Shown: positions 46,175 through 58,649 of the stretch, in pieces
Numbering within the stretch: position 1 is the stretch's first letter
Layout: the number at the start of each line of letters is the position of its first letter
Assembly (NCBI GenBank): GCA_943704425.1
Contig: CALSCP010000012.1
Location: forward strand, 5,538 to 69,537
Direction of reading: 5' to 3'
DNA from: Ministeria vibrans ATCC 50519
Lineage: Eukaryota; Protista; Filasterea
DNA length: 64,000 bases
The notes under the pieces: generated by a model
What the model was told of the DNA's origin: nothing
The model's database searches: none
What the model saw: only the letters and a program-made list of their open reading frames with translations
Program-made: the position numbers and the translations under genes

Positions 46175-48043
46175 AGAAACGCAATGATTGATCATACGAC
46201 TCTCATTGTACAGGCGTTGTGCGGTCGCCTCGTGCCAGCCCGCGCCGGGCACGGCCGGTCAGTGTGCTGTCGTCCACGTCGCAGGAGCCCCGTCGTCGTC
46301 GCACCGTCTCCACCATGTCCTCTCTTGCCGAGCTGCGCCATCGTCGCAACAGCCCCACTGGGTCTACCCTCACGACTATGGAACACTTGCGCGAGTCCCC
46401 TTCCCCGCTTGCCCCTCAACCATCAAAGACCGACACGACGACCGCAACTGACTCGCTCACTGACGCCCAAGCAGCTCTTGTCATCCCCACCACCCCCACC
46501 ACCACTACCACCACCTCCATTGCATCTCCTTTGTCCCTCCTTCATCGTCGCAAGCGCTCGCTCACCAACCCAACTGACCTCTTTTCCGACCCTTCTTCCT
46601 CGCCCTCCTCCGTCACTGCTCTCCCATCTCCTTCCTCTCGCCCTCCAATGCTCCGTCGTCTAGAACACCTCGAATGGAACGAAACAAAGGCCCGCCACAA
46701 AATGAGTGCGACAACCGAAACCCTTGTTTCTGGAGAGGTACAGAGAAAGAGAGAGAGGGGAGGGAGAAAGAAACAAAGTGATAGAGAAAGAAACAAAGTG
46801 ATAGAGAGAGAAAGAAACAAAGTGATAGAGAGGAAGACAGCAAGCAAACAAAAAACGCACTTATTGCACACACACATACACAATTTTGCTGACTAGATGG
46901 CCGAAATGAACCGTATCATTGAGTCGATTGCGCCGCATACGCCTAAAGGGACTCGGGCCGCACAGGAGCCGCCGGCAGACGACATTGCGATCTTTGGGAC
47001 GTCCTATGTTCGGCGGCCGCGACGCATGATTGGCGAAGCGTCTGTCTTTTGCATGGATGACCTGCTCATTGGCGATGTCATTGGTGAGGGCTTCTTTGGA
47101 CGTGTGTTCCGCGTGACACATCGCGAGAGTGGCACTGTCATGGTGCTCAAGGAGATGAAGCAGACGGACGAGGAGGCGCGCGCCGTCTTTCTAAAGGAGA
47201 GTACGTCCCCGCTGCGTGTTGCCTCTATATCCAATTTACTTTTATATTTCATTTTCATTAGTGAGCATTTTGAAGTCACTGCACCACCCCAACATCCTTG
47301 AGTTCCTGGGTCTGTTTGTCAAAGACCGATGTCTGCATCTGATGACGGCGTATGTGGGGGGCGGGCATATGCGCATGGTCATTGACCGCAATGCGAGTGC
47401 CGCCGGCGTGCCCCTCACCTGGCCCCTGCGCATGGCCATGGCGCATGACATTGCTCGTGGCATTTCCTATCTGCACTTCAAACACATCATCCATCGTGAC
47501 CTGACGAGCACAAACTGTCTTGTGCACGAGGACAGCCTTAGCATTGTCGTGGCGGACTTTGGGCTGGCGCGCTCCACAGTTAATGTCAAGCCTGGCGAGC
47601 GTCTTCCCATCGAAGGCTCTCCCTACTGGATGGCTCCCGAAATGCTCCGTGGCAAAATCTACGACGAGCGCGTTGATGTGTTCAGCTACGGCATTGTGTT
47701 GTGCGAGCTCATCTCGCGCTGTGCGGCCCATCCCGACGAACTACCGCGCACCGGTGACTTTGGCCTTGATATTCCCGCCTTCCGCCAACTCGAACATGTC
47801 GCGGGTTGTCCCGAGGAGTTCCTCCAACTTGCCTTTGAATGCTGCGCCGTCGACCCTTCTGCGCGTCCCACTCCGCGCGAGATCAGCGCGCGTCTCCACC
47901 GCATGCGCTACGGCTCGTCCATCTCCTCCTCTCCGCCCACTCCCGCTCCTACTCACGCTCCCTCTTCACCCTCATCCAACCTCCGCCGTACTGTGCTTCT
48001 CTCACAATCGTCTCCTGCGCCTACCTCCTCGCTCATCAACTGA
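45173..48043 (+). CDS. LIMK: LIM-domain kinase (two LIM domains plus a LIMK/TESK-family kinase)
   Basis: LIM1 CHKC...HTKCFTCDTC...YCVTD; LIM2 CVGC...MMVAG...HPECFSC..C...YCNDC; kinase GEGFFG.V.RVTHRESG.VMVLKE, HRDLTSTNCL, VVADFGLAR, GSPYWMAPE, LPRT.DFGL. Confidence 0.92.
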
Positions 48044-48192
48044 AAAAGAACGAGCCCATTCTGTATGTCCCCTTCTCGTTTTTTTATTTCTATACTGTGA
48101 AACAGCCTATGCAATTTATTTTACGATGATCATAATAATAATTATTTTATCAGCTGTAGTACGTTACAAACAAACATCCACACACAACACAA

Positions 48193-49207
48193 TCAGTTCT
48201 CCTGGACAAATAGCTGCTCCTGGGCACCAAACTGGGCATCGGCGAGGGATTGGGAGGCGTCGAGGAGGGATAGGTTACGCTTTGGGTAGTTGGCCATAAG
48301 CGAGTGGTTGGCCATGGCAACGCCCTCCTTGGCCAGGAAGCCCAGAAGTGCCTGTTGTGTATGGATATAAGTGGGTTGAGTGATGGCGATAATGACGATG
48401 GTGATATACGTATATGTATGTATGTCTGTATGTGTGTCTTTGTGGTGTGTGTCTTTGTGGTATGCGTTTCTTTGTGGTGTCTTTGATGCGCGTTTCTTTG
48501 TGGTGTCTTTGTGGTATGCGTTTCTTTGTGGTGTCTTTGTGATGCGCGTTTCTTTGTGGTGTCTTTGTGGTATGCGTTTCTTTGTGGTGTATGTGTTTGT
48601 TGGTTGCTTACGGAGATGCGGTCGGATCGGTGGAAGCGACGCATAAGAAAGGAGCCGTTGGGCAGACGGAAGCGGATTTGAGTGACGAGCGCACTGTCGA
48701 GGGACGCGTCAGGCTCTGCAGGTACGCAATCAGCTAGCTGCGCAAGCGCCGCCTGAACGAAAGAGCGCACGCGAGCAAAAGGGAAGTGAGAAATTGATAA
48801 TGACATGCGTATTTGTTCTCACTTCTTGAGCGAGTCGTTGCTCGTGGGCTACACGCTCGGCCTCCTGCGCGGCCCTTTGCTCCGTCATGCGCTGCGCTTC
48901 TTCTGCCTGCCGTGCCGCTTCTTCCTCGGCACGCACACGCTCCTCTTCGGCCCGTCGCTTCTCGTCGGCCATGCGTCTCTCAGCCTCCTTCTGCTGATCG
49001 AGCAGCAGTGACTCGCGAAAGGCTCGGTCCTGATCCTCCTGAATCATTAGCCGCTGCTTTCGCTCCTCCTCGCGCACAGCCGCCTCTTGCGCTGCTTGTT
49101 CAAGTTGCTCCTGAAGCTCCTCCATTCCCGCAGTGAGTTGGACAATCAGTTCGTCTGCTGTGTGGTATCCTATCAAAATTAATGTTATAGACAAAGAGTT
49201 AGAGAGA

Positions 49208-49241
<34 letters not shown>

Positions 49242-49281
49242 ATTATAATAATAATTATTATTATTATTATTATTATCATTA

Positions 49282-49325
<44 letters not shown>

Positions 49326-50409
49326 TTAAGATAATAATTATTATTATGATAAAAGAGCAGAGGAAGACGGCGAGTTAGAGAAAGGCGAAAGAAGAAGCGA
49401 TAGAGTTAAAGGCAAAATAACCCAACGCGATAGTGAGTGTATGTGAGAATGGGGATAAAGCCTAAAAAAAAAAAAAAAATAGAGTACCGGTGATTGCAGC
49501 TGCGACCTTAGGGAGTCCTCTGTCGCGGGTGACGAGCAGGATGGCCGGGGCACTCGAGGCAGATGCAACAATGTGCGACGACCTACCCGTCATCTCACGC
49601 AATCGGCCGCTAGACACAACAACAACGACAACAACAACAACAGGCACACCAAGATCGCACAATTAAAAACACACCATAGGCACACGCAGTAATGTACCGG
49701 AGAGCGGGATAGGTGACGTCCCAGGCGTACAGGATGAGGTGATCACGGCAAAAGTTGACAAACTGCGGTGAGCAGAGGGTTTGACTGCAAAAGACATTTG
49801 TGGTAATGTTGCTGTCGCTATGCAGGTACACACAAAGGGGCTGTGAGTTGCGACTGGCCTCGACGAGTGCCTCGTTGAAGGTGCCCGCGAAGAAGTTGGG
49901 ATGAGAGTCGCCATAGCGCAGGGCAAAGTTGACGGTAAACTCGACGGTGGCCGCAGTGGGATCGCGCAGGGTGGAGGGCACTACACAGTCAAAGTGGAGG
50001 GGTGAGCATCGCGTACAGAAGAGTGCGTACAGAAGAGTGTAGTCTATTGTTGAATACGTACTGAGGGGACTTGAGCCGGAGATGTTGGGCCCCCTGCTCT
50101 GTATGGCGTCATCAGAGAGACTCAGTCGCTCGCCAAAGTCATTGTGATCGTACAATTCATCGTCATCCTCCTCACCACCACCGTCATCGGCATAATACTC
50201 AAAGTAGTCCTCATCAAACTCATCGTGTTCGTCTTCGTCGTCGTCGTCGTCTTCATCGGTGACTTTCCGCTCGCTTGCCCGTCTCCCACTCTCCTCTCTG
50301 TCTCTCGCTATTGCTGCAAACTCACTCTGTTCCATCACAAGCACATTGTCTCGTTTGCGCTGCAGGTTTAATTCACGCAGTCGACTCTATGAGCAGAAAA
50401 AGAAGAAAA

Positions 50410-50451
<42 letters not shown>

Positions 50452-50483
50452 ATAATAATAATAATAATAATAAGAATAATAAG

Positions 50484-50514
<31 letters not shown>

Positions 50515-51442
50515 TTTTCAATACGCGTACGAGATTGTTGGGCGTATTTCGCACGGGAAACCCATGAAGAACTATCTCGCTCGAGGGCACCCCGGTCAGT
50601 TTCGACAGGGATCCTTTCAGATCAGCAAGCGTTCGAGCACCGGCCATGCTCAGTTGGAACTCGTGGCCGTCCCAGCGAATGCACAATGGGTAGCTGAGCA
50701 TATTGAGCACTCTTGCATCGTCATCCTCCTCCTCCTCCTTTTCTTCTTCATCATCATCCTCGGACGACGTGTCTCCGCCTGCGGCATGCCGTGGTTCACG
50801 TCGTTGCGTGGGTATGGTCACAACAATGTCGCCGCTTGTTCCAAGTTCCTTGAAGCGTCCAAATCCCAGGTCGAGTAGTGTTTTCGAAGAGCGCCGTGCT
50901 CGCTCATCCAAATTTGGCCAGCTGAACTCGCGCGGTTCGTCGGGCCCAAGCGACAGACGAGCGCGAATAAAGCGTTCCGCCGTGGCCACGGTGCTCCGCA
51001 GCGGCATGGACACCTCAAAGGGGTCGTTTGGGTGGGCGTGGATGGTCAAAACGACCAAGTCAGCGCCGCTGTCGTCACGGCTGCGCCGAAAGCCACCAAA
51101 CGCGCCCGAGCGATGCAACGCGCTGCCAATAGGTGGAAGAAAGGGTGTTGCAGAGCCAAAGAGGGACGGTGTAGGGGCGTAGCCAAAGACGGCGTTGGGC
51201 GGCAGTGGCGTTTCTTCGGGAATCATCGATCGAGGGTCGCGCGATTCAATGCCCATGAACACACTCACAGTCTTGTCGAGATCCCCGTCGTTGGCGGCCA
51301 ACAGACTTGCACAGAAGTCGGCGTCGGACACTCCAATAATCGCTTGTAACGTTGCGAGCTGTCCACATCAAAGTTCAGCCGTCTCGTCATTGCATTGTGC
51401 TCAGCCTGTGCATTTCCCTACCTTGCTCTCGTCGTCGCTCAT
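48193..51442 (-). CDS. FAF1: FAF1-like p97/Cdc48 adaptor (UBA, ubiquitin-like, UAS, coiled coil, UBX)
   Basis: N-terminal UBA-like LQAIIG...LAANDGDLDKTV; UBL TLADLK...TGVP; UAS F..RYG..HPNFFAG...VYLH...NVFCSQTLC...AWDVT; QEDQDRAFRESL; UBX IRFRLPNG...RRF...NYPKR. Confidence 0.9.
48430..48595. repeat. Intronic GTGTCTTTGTGGT/TATGCGTTTCTTTGTGGT minisatellite (FAF1 last intron)
   Basis: Multiple tandem units are visible; related units occur at 15995-16070 and 40628-40660. Confidence 0.9.
49205..49347. repeat. (TA)n/(TAT)n intronic microsatellite; similar arrays at 14472-14520 and 50411-50512
   Basis: Directly visible. Confidence 0.9.
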
Positions 51443-51587
51443 TGTTAAATTACGTGATTACTATTAGAACAAGGTAACAGCCAACAGCCAACAAAAACAA
51501 CGAAGAATAGAATAAAAATAAAAAATCTGTGGACTGTAATGGACGTTTCGAAAAGTCGTTTTTCATTTTTGTCTCGTTCACAAATTT

Positions 51588-53616
51588 TTAGAGAGGCTTA
51601 TTCTCGATGAAGCGAGTGATCATGGTCTGGGCCTGGATGGGACGGTAGGTAGGCACCATGTGGCCACTGAGAAGGACCGTGGCAAAGCGGAAGTCAACGG
51701 CGGGCTTGGAAAACTGGGTGACATAGCCACCGCGAGTGGGCGTCTCCTTCTGCGACGAAGGCGACAGCCACGCACGCCAGCGCTCCTCGACCTCAAACCC
51801 AAGGTTGTGCGTCCATCGCTCTGTGCCGACGTACGGCACGCACCCGTCTAACAGAGACAAAGAAGGAGAGAGAAGAAAGAGAGAGTGAGAAAACAAGGTG
51901 AAAGACATAATGTCAGTATACCGGCATCTCCGCTGTAGATGAGCATGCGGATCTTCTGAGCGAGCGACTTGTAGAGGGGCAGGAGGTTGTCAGCGGTGCG
52001 ACTGTACAGCATACCACGCGTGCCCTATAGAGAGGAGAGAGAAAAATGCAAAGCGATAGAAACATAAAGACGTGAGAGAGAGATGAATAAAAAAGAAACA
52101 AGTAAATAAAACGAAACAAATAAATAGAAAAGAAATAAATAAAAAGAAACAAATAAATAGAAAAGAAACAAATAAATAGAAAAGAAACATATAAATAGAA
52201 AACGAGATAGAGAAGAGAAAGAAAGATAAGCAGACAAACAAAAAAAAGCACACAAAATGGTTGGTGTCAGTACCTTCTTGACGTGAAGAGCAGCAACGAC
52301 CTCGTCCGTGGCCAACCACTGGTCCATAGCGTGGGAGCCGCCGCAGATGTAGTCGCTGCTGACACGGGGCTCGTTGGGGCGCGAAAGGCGCTCCTGGTGC
52401 TCGAGGTACGTGCGCATCTGAGTGTCGTCACCGGCACAGCCGTCGTAGAAGTTGTAAATGTAGTAGTTACCGACCTCGGCACTCATCTTGACGAGCTCCT
52501 GACGGCACGCCAGCGAGATGGTCGACCAGTTGCCGCATGCCTTGAGCATATCTGCGCGCAGCTGGTCCGAGTAGCCTGCCTTGTTGTACAGAAACTGCGA
52601 GTTGATCTCGTCGTTTTCGGGCGAGTTGGAGCATGTGCCGACAGCGTTGCCCCAGCAGCCGTTGCCAATCGCGACTCCCTTCAGGTTGATCTCGTTGGCC
52701 GTGTCCGTCAGAATCGCGTCCGCCAGCATGGGAATGTAACTAAGTGTATGGGGTGAGACTTGAGGCACAGAAAATGAAGCCATCGAAAGTGAGGTGTGAG
52801 GCCACGTACATTCCGGCGTAGGACTCGCCCGTGGCGTAAAAGTCGTTCGCCTTAAACTCGGGGAATCCCTCGAAGAAGACCTTGAGGGCACCGTGGTTGA
52901 AGGTCGCAGTCGCCTCGTCAGTAAAGTGGCACGGGGTGTAGTCGCAGTAGGAGAAGCCAACGCCGGCGGGCGACTCGAGCACGAGCACGTTGCCAACGGA
53001 AGTCCAGGCGTAGGGGTTGCTGAACACCTTGGGCACAGCCGGGTGGTCCTTGAGGCTGTCGTCGTTAAGCGCGTACGGTCCGAGTTCGGTGTAGAAGCCG
53101 ATGAGTGAGGACGAGCCAGGGCCTGCAAGAGAGAACACATGAGACACACACACACCAAACCGCAAGAGCCAGGCCGCAGCCACAGCCACAGCCGCCCGCC
53201 CGCCCGCCGGGAAAGAGCATGCGTACCTCCGTTGAGCCAGAGAAGCACAGGCTTGGATGCGGCATCTTCGTTGGCAAACGCAAACTGTGAAGAGAAAAAG
53301 AAAAAAAAAAAGAATATCAATCACTAAAGTGGGTCGCTCAAGAGCCAAGCACACCTGGTAGTGGGCAAACTGGTTGCCGAGAGGAGCAGAAACCTTGAGG
53401 TAGCCTGTGAAAGAGGCGGATTGAGCGTGAGCGGGTCGAAAGGGGTTTGTGCGATTGAGCGGGTCTCGTGATGACATCCAATCAACGCACTGACTTACCG
53501 CTGTAGAGCTTCGCGGGGAGCGCCCCTTCAAAGCCAGGCAGGCTCGTCACTTCGTCTGCAGAGATCGCCGCATACGCCGCGGCCACACAGACAGCGAGAA
53601 CAAGAGCAACACGCAT
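51588..53616 (-). CDS. Secreted serine carboxypeptidase (peptidase S10)
   Basis: Signal peptide; VTSLPG...YSGYL; PVLLWLNGGPGSSS; ESPAGVGFSY; GESYAG; YSGDAD.CVP; SGHMVP. Confidence 0.95.
52085..52205. repeat. Intronic AAAAGAAACAAATAAATAG minisatellite
   Basis: Several imperfect tandem copies in a carboxypeptidase intron. Confidence 0.85.
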
Positions 53617-53905
53617 TGAAAGTCTGAAAAAAACTGTGTGTGTTAAAGTCAAAAAGACGTGACTGATCAACTGATCATTCTATCTTCTTCCCGGAAAATG
53701 GAAGGTCTTACGCACAGTCTCACTCACGGTCCCTTAATCAGCACTCGCCAGTCGCCACTTGCCACTCGACGGACTGTCCGAGGCTCAGCCATTTAAGTCG
53801 GTTTGACTTTTGTGCCTGCTTTGACGCGAAAATTTGTATTGGGACTTGCGAACTGAACTTTACACTTTCAAACTTTGAATCAAAATTTTTGATTTTTCTC
53901 TAATC

Positions 53906-55135
53906 ATGTCAGAGCCAACAACATTCTCTAACGTCCCTCTCGAGGCCAACGCTTTGGACGCCCCCTCTCCGACTCCGTCTGCTGCCAGTGCCACTACCAT
54001 TGCCGACCTAGTAAACAAACTCAAACTCGTTCTGTTGTGACACTATTTACTCTCAATCTCTGGTCCTCTCTCCCTCCACGTCAGCCTGTCGTCCCTGCGA
54101 AACCCGAGAGACAGCGTCTAGTCACTTGGGCAGACTGGGCAGGCCAGGCGTACCAGTATACAGTGCAGGTTATTAAGGAACGCGTAAGATTTCAAAGTTT
54201 GCGAATAACTGAAACCATGAAAATTCAAAACAACCCGAACTTGTAACAATCCGACTTGTGGATGCACAGTACGGCGCGCCCAAACGAACGGTGGACGAAG
54301 ACCTGGCAACTCGCATTGAGACATTGAAAGTCACGCAGAAGAAGCTGACTGCCATTCTGGGGCAGTCGGAGCTGCTCACACAGCAGATTTGTGCCTTTGT
54401 CTCGACGTGCGAGACGTTTGGCAACCAAATGCATCTTCTGGGCATGCAAAGCCTTGAGCTCGCCGAAGAGTGGGAACGCAACGCAAGTGTCCAACTCTCC
54501 ATCTTTAAGAATGGACAGGTGAGAGCAGAGCGGTGTGCCAGATGATGACTGTACCCATCTTCCTCTGTCCTTGTCTCACTCAGGTCTTGCACGGCGCACT
54601 CACACACTTCAATGGGAACCTCGCCACCTTGACTGGCTGTACCATGGAAGACACCGTGCAAGCCATTGATGCGTACGAAAAGGCGCGTATTGCACACGAC
54701 GCATGCCTCAACGAGCTTGAGGCCCTCTCGCAGAAGCCGCCGACGCCGTATTTTAATGCGATCAAGGTACACACACACACACCACATCGGGTGCATTCGA
54801 GTCAACTTACAACCACTTTTTTTTTTTCATTTTTATTGTTTCAGACACAGTACGAAGAGATGAAAGATGCGCTGGCGCGTCGTCGCGACTCTGTCATCGT
54901 GAAGCTGACTCTGCTCGATGAGAACCGCGTCAAGGTGATGCGCAAACAACTGCTGCTCCTCCACAACGCCACAGCGGGATTCTTCAGTGGAAACGAAGCC
55001 ATGTTGCGCGCCGCCGTGGACTCCTACCACACACACGTGTCTGGTGGGGATACAGTGGCGACCCTCGCGTCTTCGCCTACGATCGACCGCGACACATCCG
55101 AAGGCGATATTGCCCTTGCCTCGCACCCAAGATGA
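53906..55135 (+). CDS. ARFIP: Arfaptin (AH/BAR domain)
   Basis: YQYTVQVIKER.G...RTVDEDL..RIE.L; TMEDT..AI..YE.AR; RDSV.VKL.LLDENRVKVMRKQLLLLHNA...FFSGN. Confidence 0.92.
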
Positions 55136-55342
55136 CACTGCCCCCTCCTTACCCACCCTTTGTACTAACCGCCCTCCCAAACAGTGACGTAACTCACGTA
55201 CCGCCTGCTTTTCACAATACACAGTAATATTTATTTTTCTTTTTTACTACGTCTTGTCGTTACACAGTGATATTTATTACACTCTGTCTGTCTGTTTAAA
55301 ACTTTTGATTGATTGTTTTTTTTATCATAATAAATTTTACCC

Positions 55343-58300
55343 ATGTCCCGCCGCCCAGGACCAAATGAGAGTGCCGCTGTGGTGGCGAGTATTCAAGATG
55401 ATTCAATCACGTCGGAGAGCGAAAAGATGCGTATTACGGTATTACATCTATCGCGGTTGCCATGGAAATTGCTCATTTTTTTGTCTGCGTCTTAATCAGC
55501 TACACATCGCTATACTACGCGCCGAGGGCCTTTGGTCGACATTCAAGGGTATCCAGGCTCCAACGACGCTTGTACGCGTTCAATCCACTTTGGATACAGC
55601 CCACTTTGACAGTGTTCTGTGCAGCGCTTCTCACTCACCCGAATGGAACTTCACCACGTCCATCACTGTCGAGATTGATTCGTTGCAGCACCTCGTTGAA
55701 TACCCTCTGCTGCTTAGCGTAATTGAAGTGAAGGAAGCAGCGCCTCCATTAAAGTCGTCATTGGGGAGCGCACAGGCGAAGCGAGGCAGTGTGTCCAAAG
55801 GTGCCAAAGTCACCATGGCCACTCTTGGCGAACTCCGTCCCGACCTCTCCAACCTTTTATTTGGTACATCTTCTGTCTCGGGCACCTCATCGCTTACCGG
55901 CAGCACACGGACGTGCAACACGGACGATGCCATCACGAGTCCATCGCAACTCAGTTGGCTCGTCACTGTTGATGAGCCGCTCGTCAACGACGTCCATAAG
56001 CTTAAGGAGCAGGGCAACCTCATCAGCGTGTCTCTTCAAAATGTCTACTCTTTACCCGAAGTCTGGACTTCCAGTAATATGCCGAATCTAATTACAATTC
56101 TATATTGAGCTGACATTGGTATTGGATTGCAGGCCGCGATCATGCGTCGTACACGTACACAGCTACGGTGCACCTCTTAGACCACAAAAGGGTTGTCTTT
56201 GAGCATGGGCGTATCCAACCACCTCTTGAGCCTGCTCAATTACAAGGCGGTCAACAACAGCAACAGGCCACAACGTCCGGCGCCAAGAAACGTCACTCAA
56301 TGTCAAACACGACACCTACGCCCGCAACTACGACAGTCCCCACGACTGCAGATCCCTCGTATGCCGTTCGATATGGTGACTTACGCAAGCGAGACGCAGC
56401 CTTTCGCATTCACGCCGAGCGTCACAGCCACTCAGTGCGGTTCCAGCACGCCATTCGCGTGTACCTCACCGCAAGTGAAACGGACCAACTGCGCATTGCG
56501 CTTCTTCACGCTCGTCCCGTCTCCATCACCTTCGCGCGCTCTCCCCTCCTGCGCGGCGGCGATACTGCCCCCTGGCCCGCCCTGGCTAAGTGCACCCTTC
56601 ACCCACTTGTCACACCCGGCTCATCTGAATGCTCTGGCGCCTTTTTCCTCCGCCCTCGTCCCACCGACTCGAATGACGGAGCGCCTGCTACGGCGCCTCC
56701 TCCCTTAGTAGATATGACATCCGCCTACACCGAGCGGCGCACCTATCTCACCGTGGCCCTGGCGCTGCACCATCCCCTGCGCCCCTGCCGCTCCCCACTC
56801 CAGATCCAGTCCGTTGCCCACTTCATCCCTCCTCGTCCCCTCTTCCCGCGCATTGGCGATCTTCTGGACGAGGCGCGCGCCCAACTCAAAGCACAGTTGC
56901 GCGCCACCATCGATTTGCTTGTTGCCGAGTACGCGTCGCTTACAAGCGGCCCACATACCATGCGTATGGCGCCCGACGAGCAGCGCAGGCGCATTCTGTA
57001 CTCGCTCAACACCACAGGAATGGCCTTCGCCATCAAAGAGCGTCTCAAGCCTCTTATTGTACAGATTGTGCGTGAACGCTTTCTCACGACGGGCGAGTTT
57101 ACAAGTGACACAGATCACGAAGCGTTTGTCGCCCAGCTGTACGTCTACCTCCTCGACGAGCTGCACGAGGCACTCCACGAGCACTTTGACATTGCACAGC
57201 CTCAGCGTGTGCCTGCCATTCCCGAGCACACTGACCCAGACGCACTGCTGCGCTTTGCGACGCAGGCCGAGTTCCTCGGTGACATCGACGGTGCTGCAGC
57301 GTACCACCGTCGTCGAATTGCTCAGGGGCCAATGGTCAGTGCCTTTCACATCGACTACGGTGCGCTCCTCATGCGTGCGGGTCTTGTTGACACGGCCCTC
57401 GTCAGCTTCCGCGAGGCGGTCGCTCTCAACCAGACACAAGCCGCGGCTCTGGTCCTCGTGGCCCTTGCCACCGCTGATAGCAGTAATTATGACACTAGTC
57501 ATGGTGCCGACACAGGTGCAATCCCTCCAACAACAACTCTGGCTTTGCTCCAGCATGCCGTCGAGGCGGATCCAGCACATGCCAGTCTGGCGCACATTGC
57601 TCTTGCTCTCACGCACACTCTTGACTGCAACTATGTTGAAGAAGAGCTCGCGCTCCAGCGTGCCCGACGCTGTCTCGCACGTCTCGACAGTAGCACGTAT
57701 ACCCCCTCTTCGAAAGAGAATGAAAGTCAAAGTGACGGCACTGTAGATTATCATGTGCTGCATGTCGACGACAAAGTTAGCGACGACGACGATGACGACG
57801 ACGATGAGCACTTGCGTACCGGTCACGTTCACCTCGCAGCCGTGCCCTTCTTTCTCGACCATGGCTTCTACCACCTTGCCCTGCGCGCCCTGGCTGCCGA
57901 CCGTGCCCTCTGCGGTCCACTGCCTAGTCAGAGTAAGTACCGCGCTCAGGCACTGTTGGCCACGGGACAACTCGATGAGGCTCGTCGTGTTCTCGAAGAC
58001 GACCTCATCGATGAAGACCATCATATTGGTGACTCGGATGTCATCGTGCTCCTTGCCGACGTGCTATACCAGAGCAAAGACTTTCCAGGCGCTCTCGCCC
58101 TCTACGAGCGTGTGCTCAGCGCCATCATGCCGCTCGACAGCACTAGCATTCTAACTTCAAGTCACGACGGCGCCAACGACGAGCAGTTGCAAAGAGCCCT
58201 TGAATGTGTCCCTGTGCGTCTTCTGGTGCGTCTCGCTCACTTGTACCAGACGGGTCGCGTGACCCTCCCCGACGGCCGCATTGGTGCTCACCGTGCCTGC

Positions 58301-58600
58301 GACATATACTTTCTACTTGCGCTACGCAGTCCATCAGCTTACGCGTGGCGTGGCGTGGGCCTTGCTGCGTTCCACCTGGGCAACGACTCGGTCGCCGAGG
58401 ATGCCCTGGCCGAGGCCAACACCCTCGACAACCACGACCCAATCACTTTTGCCGTGCTCGCCCTCATCTGTGCCCGCCACGGTCGCATGTTTGAGTTCCA
58501 ACAGCTGCGTGCCTGTGCCGACCGCCTTAATCTCACTGATACCCATCTCATCAAGCAGCTACAAGCAGTTCAAGCATCTTTATCAACAGTGAAAAATTAA
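55343..58600 (+). CDS. CFAP70: Cilia- and flagella-associated protein 70 (TTC18)-like, C2-like plus TPR
   Basis: IPPRPLFPR; ILYSLNTTG..FAIKERLK..IVQIVRE.FL; FVAQLYVYLLDELH; AWRGVG.A.F.LG...AEDALAEANTLDN. Three exons. Confidence 0.85.
55456..55469 (+). promoter_or_regulatory. RFX X-box-like element in the first intron of CFAP70
   Basis: GTTGCCATGGAAAT against the canonical GTTGCCATGGCAAC (12 of 14 positions match), about 110 nt downstream of the predicted ATG of a ciliary gene. Confidence 0.55.
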
Positions 58601-58649
58601 TGCAAAACAAAAAACTTTCAATTCATTCAACTCTAAAAACAATACGTCT

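Noticed and set aside
48306-48320. GTTGGCCATGGCAAC X-box-like palindrome
   Set aside because: It lies in the last coding exon of FAF1, a non-ciliary gene, and is explained by codons.
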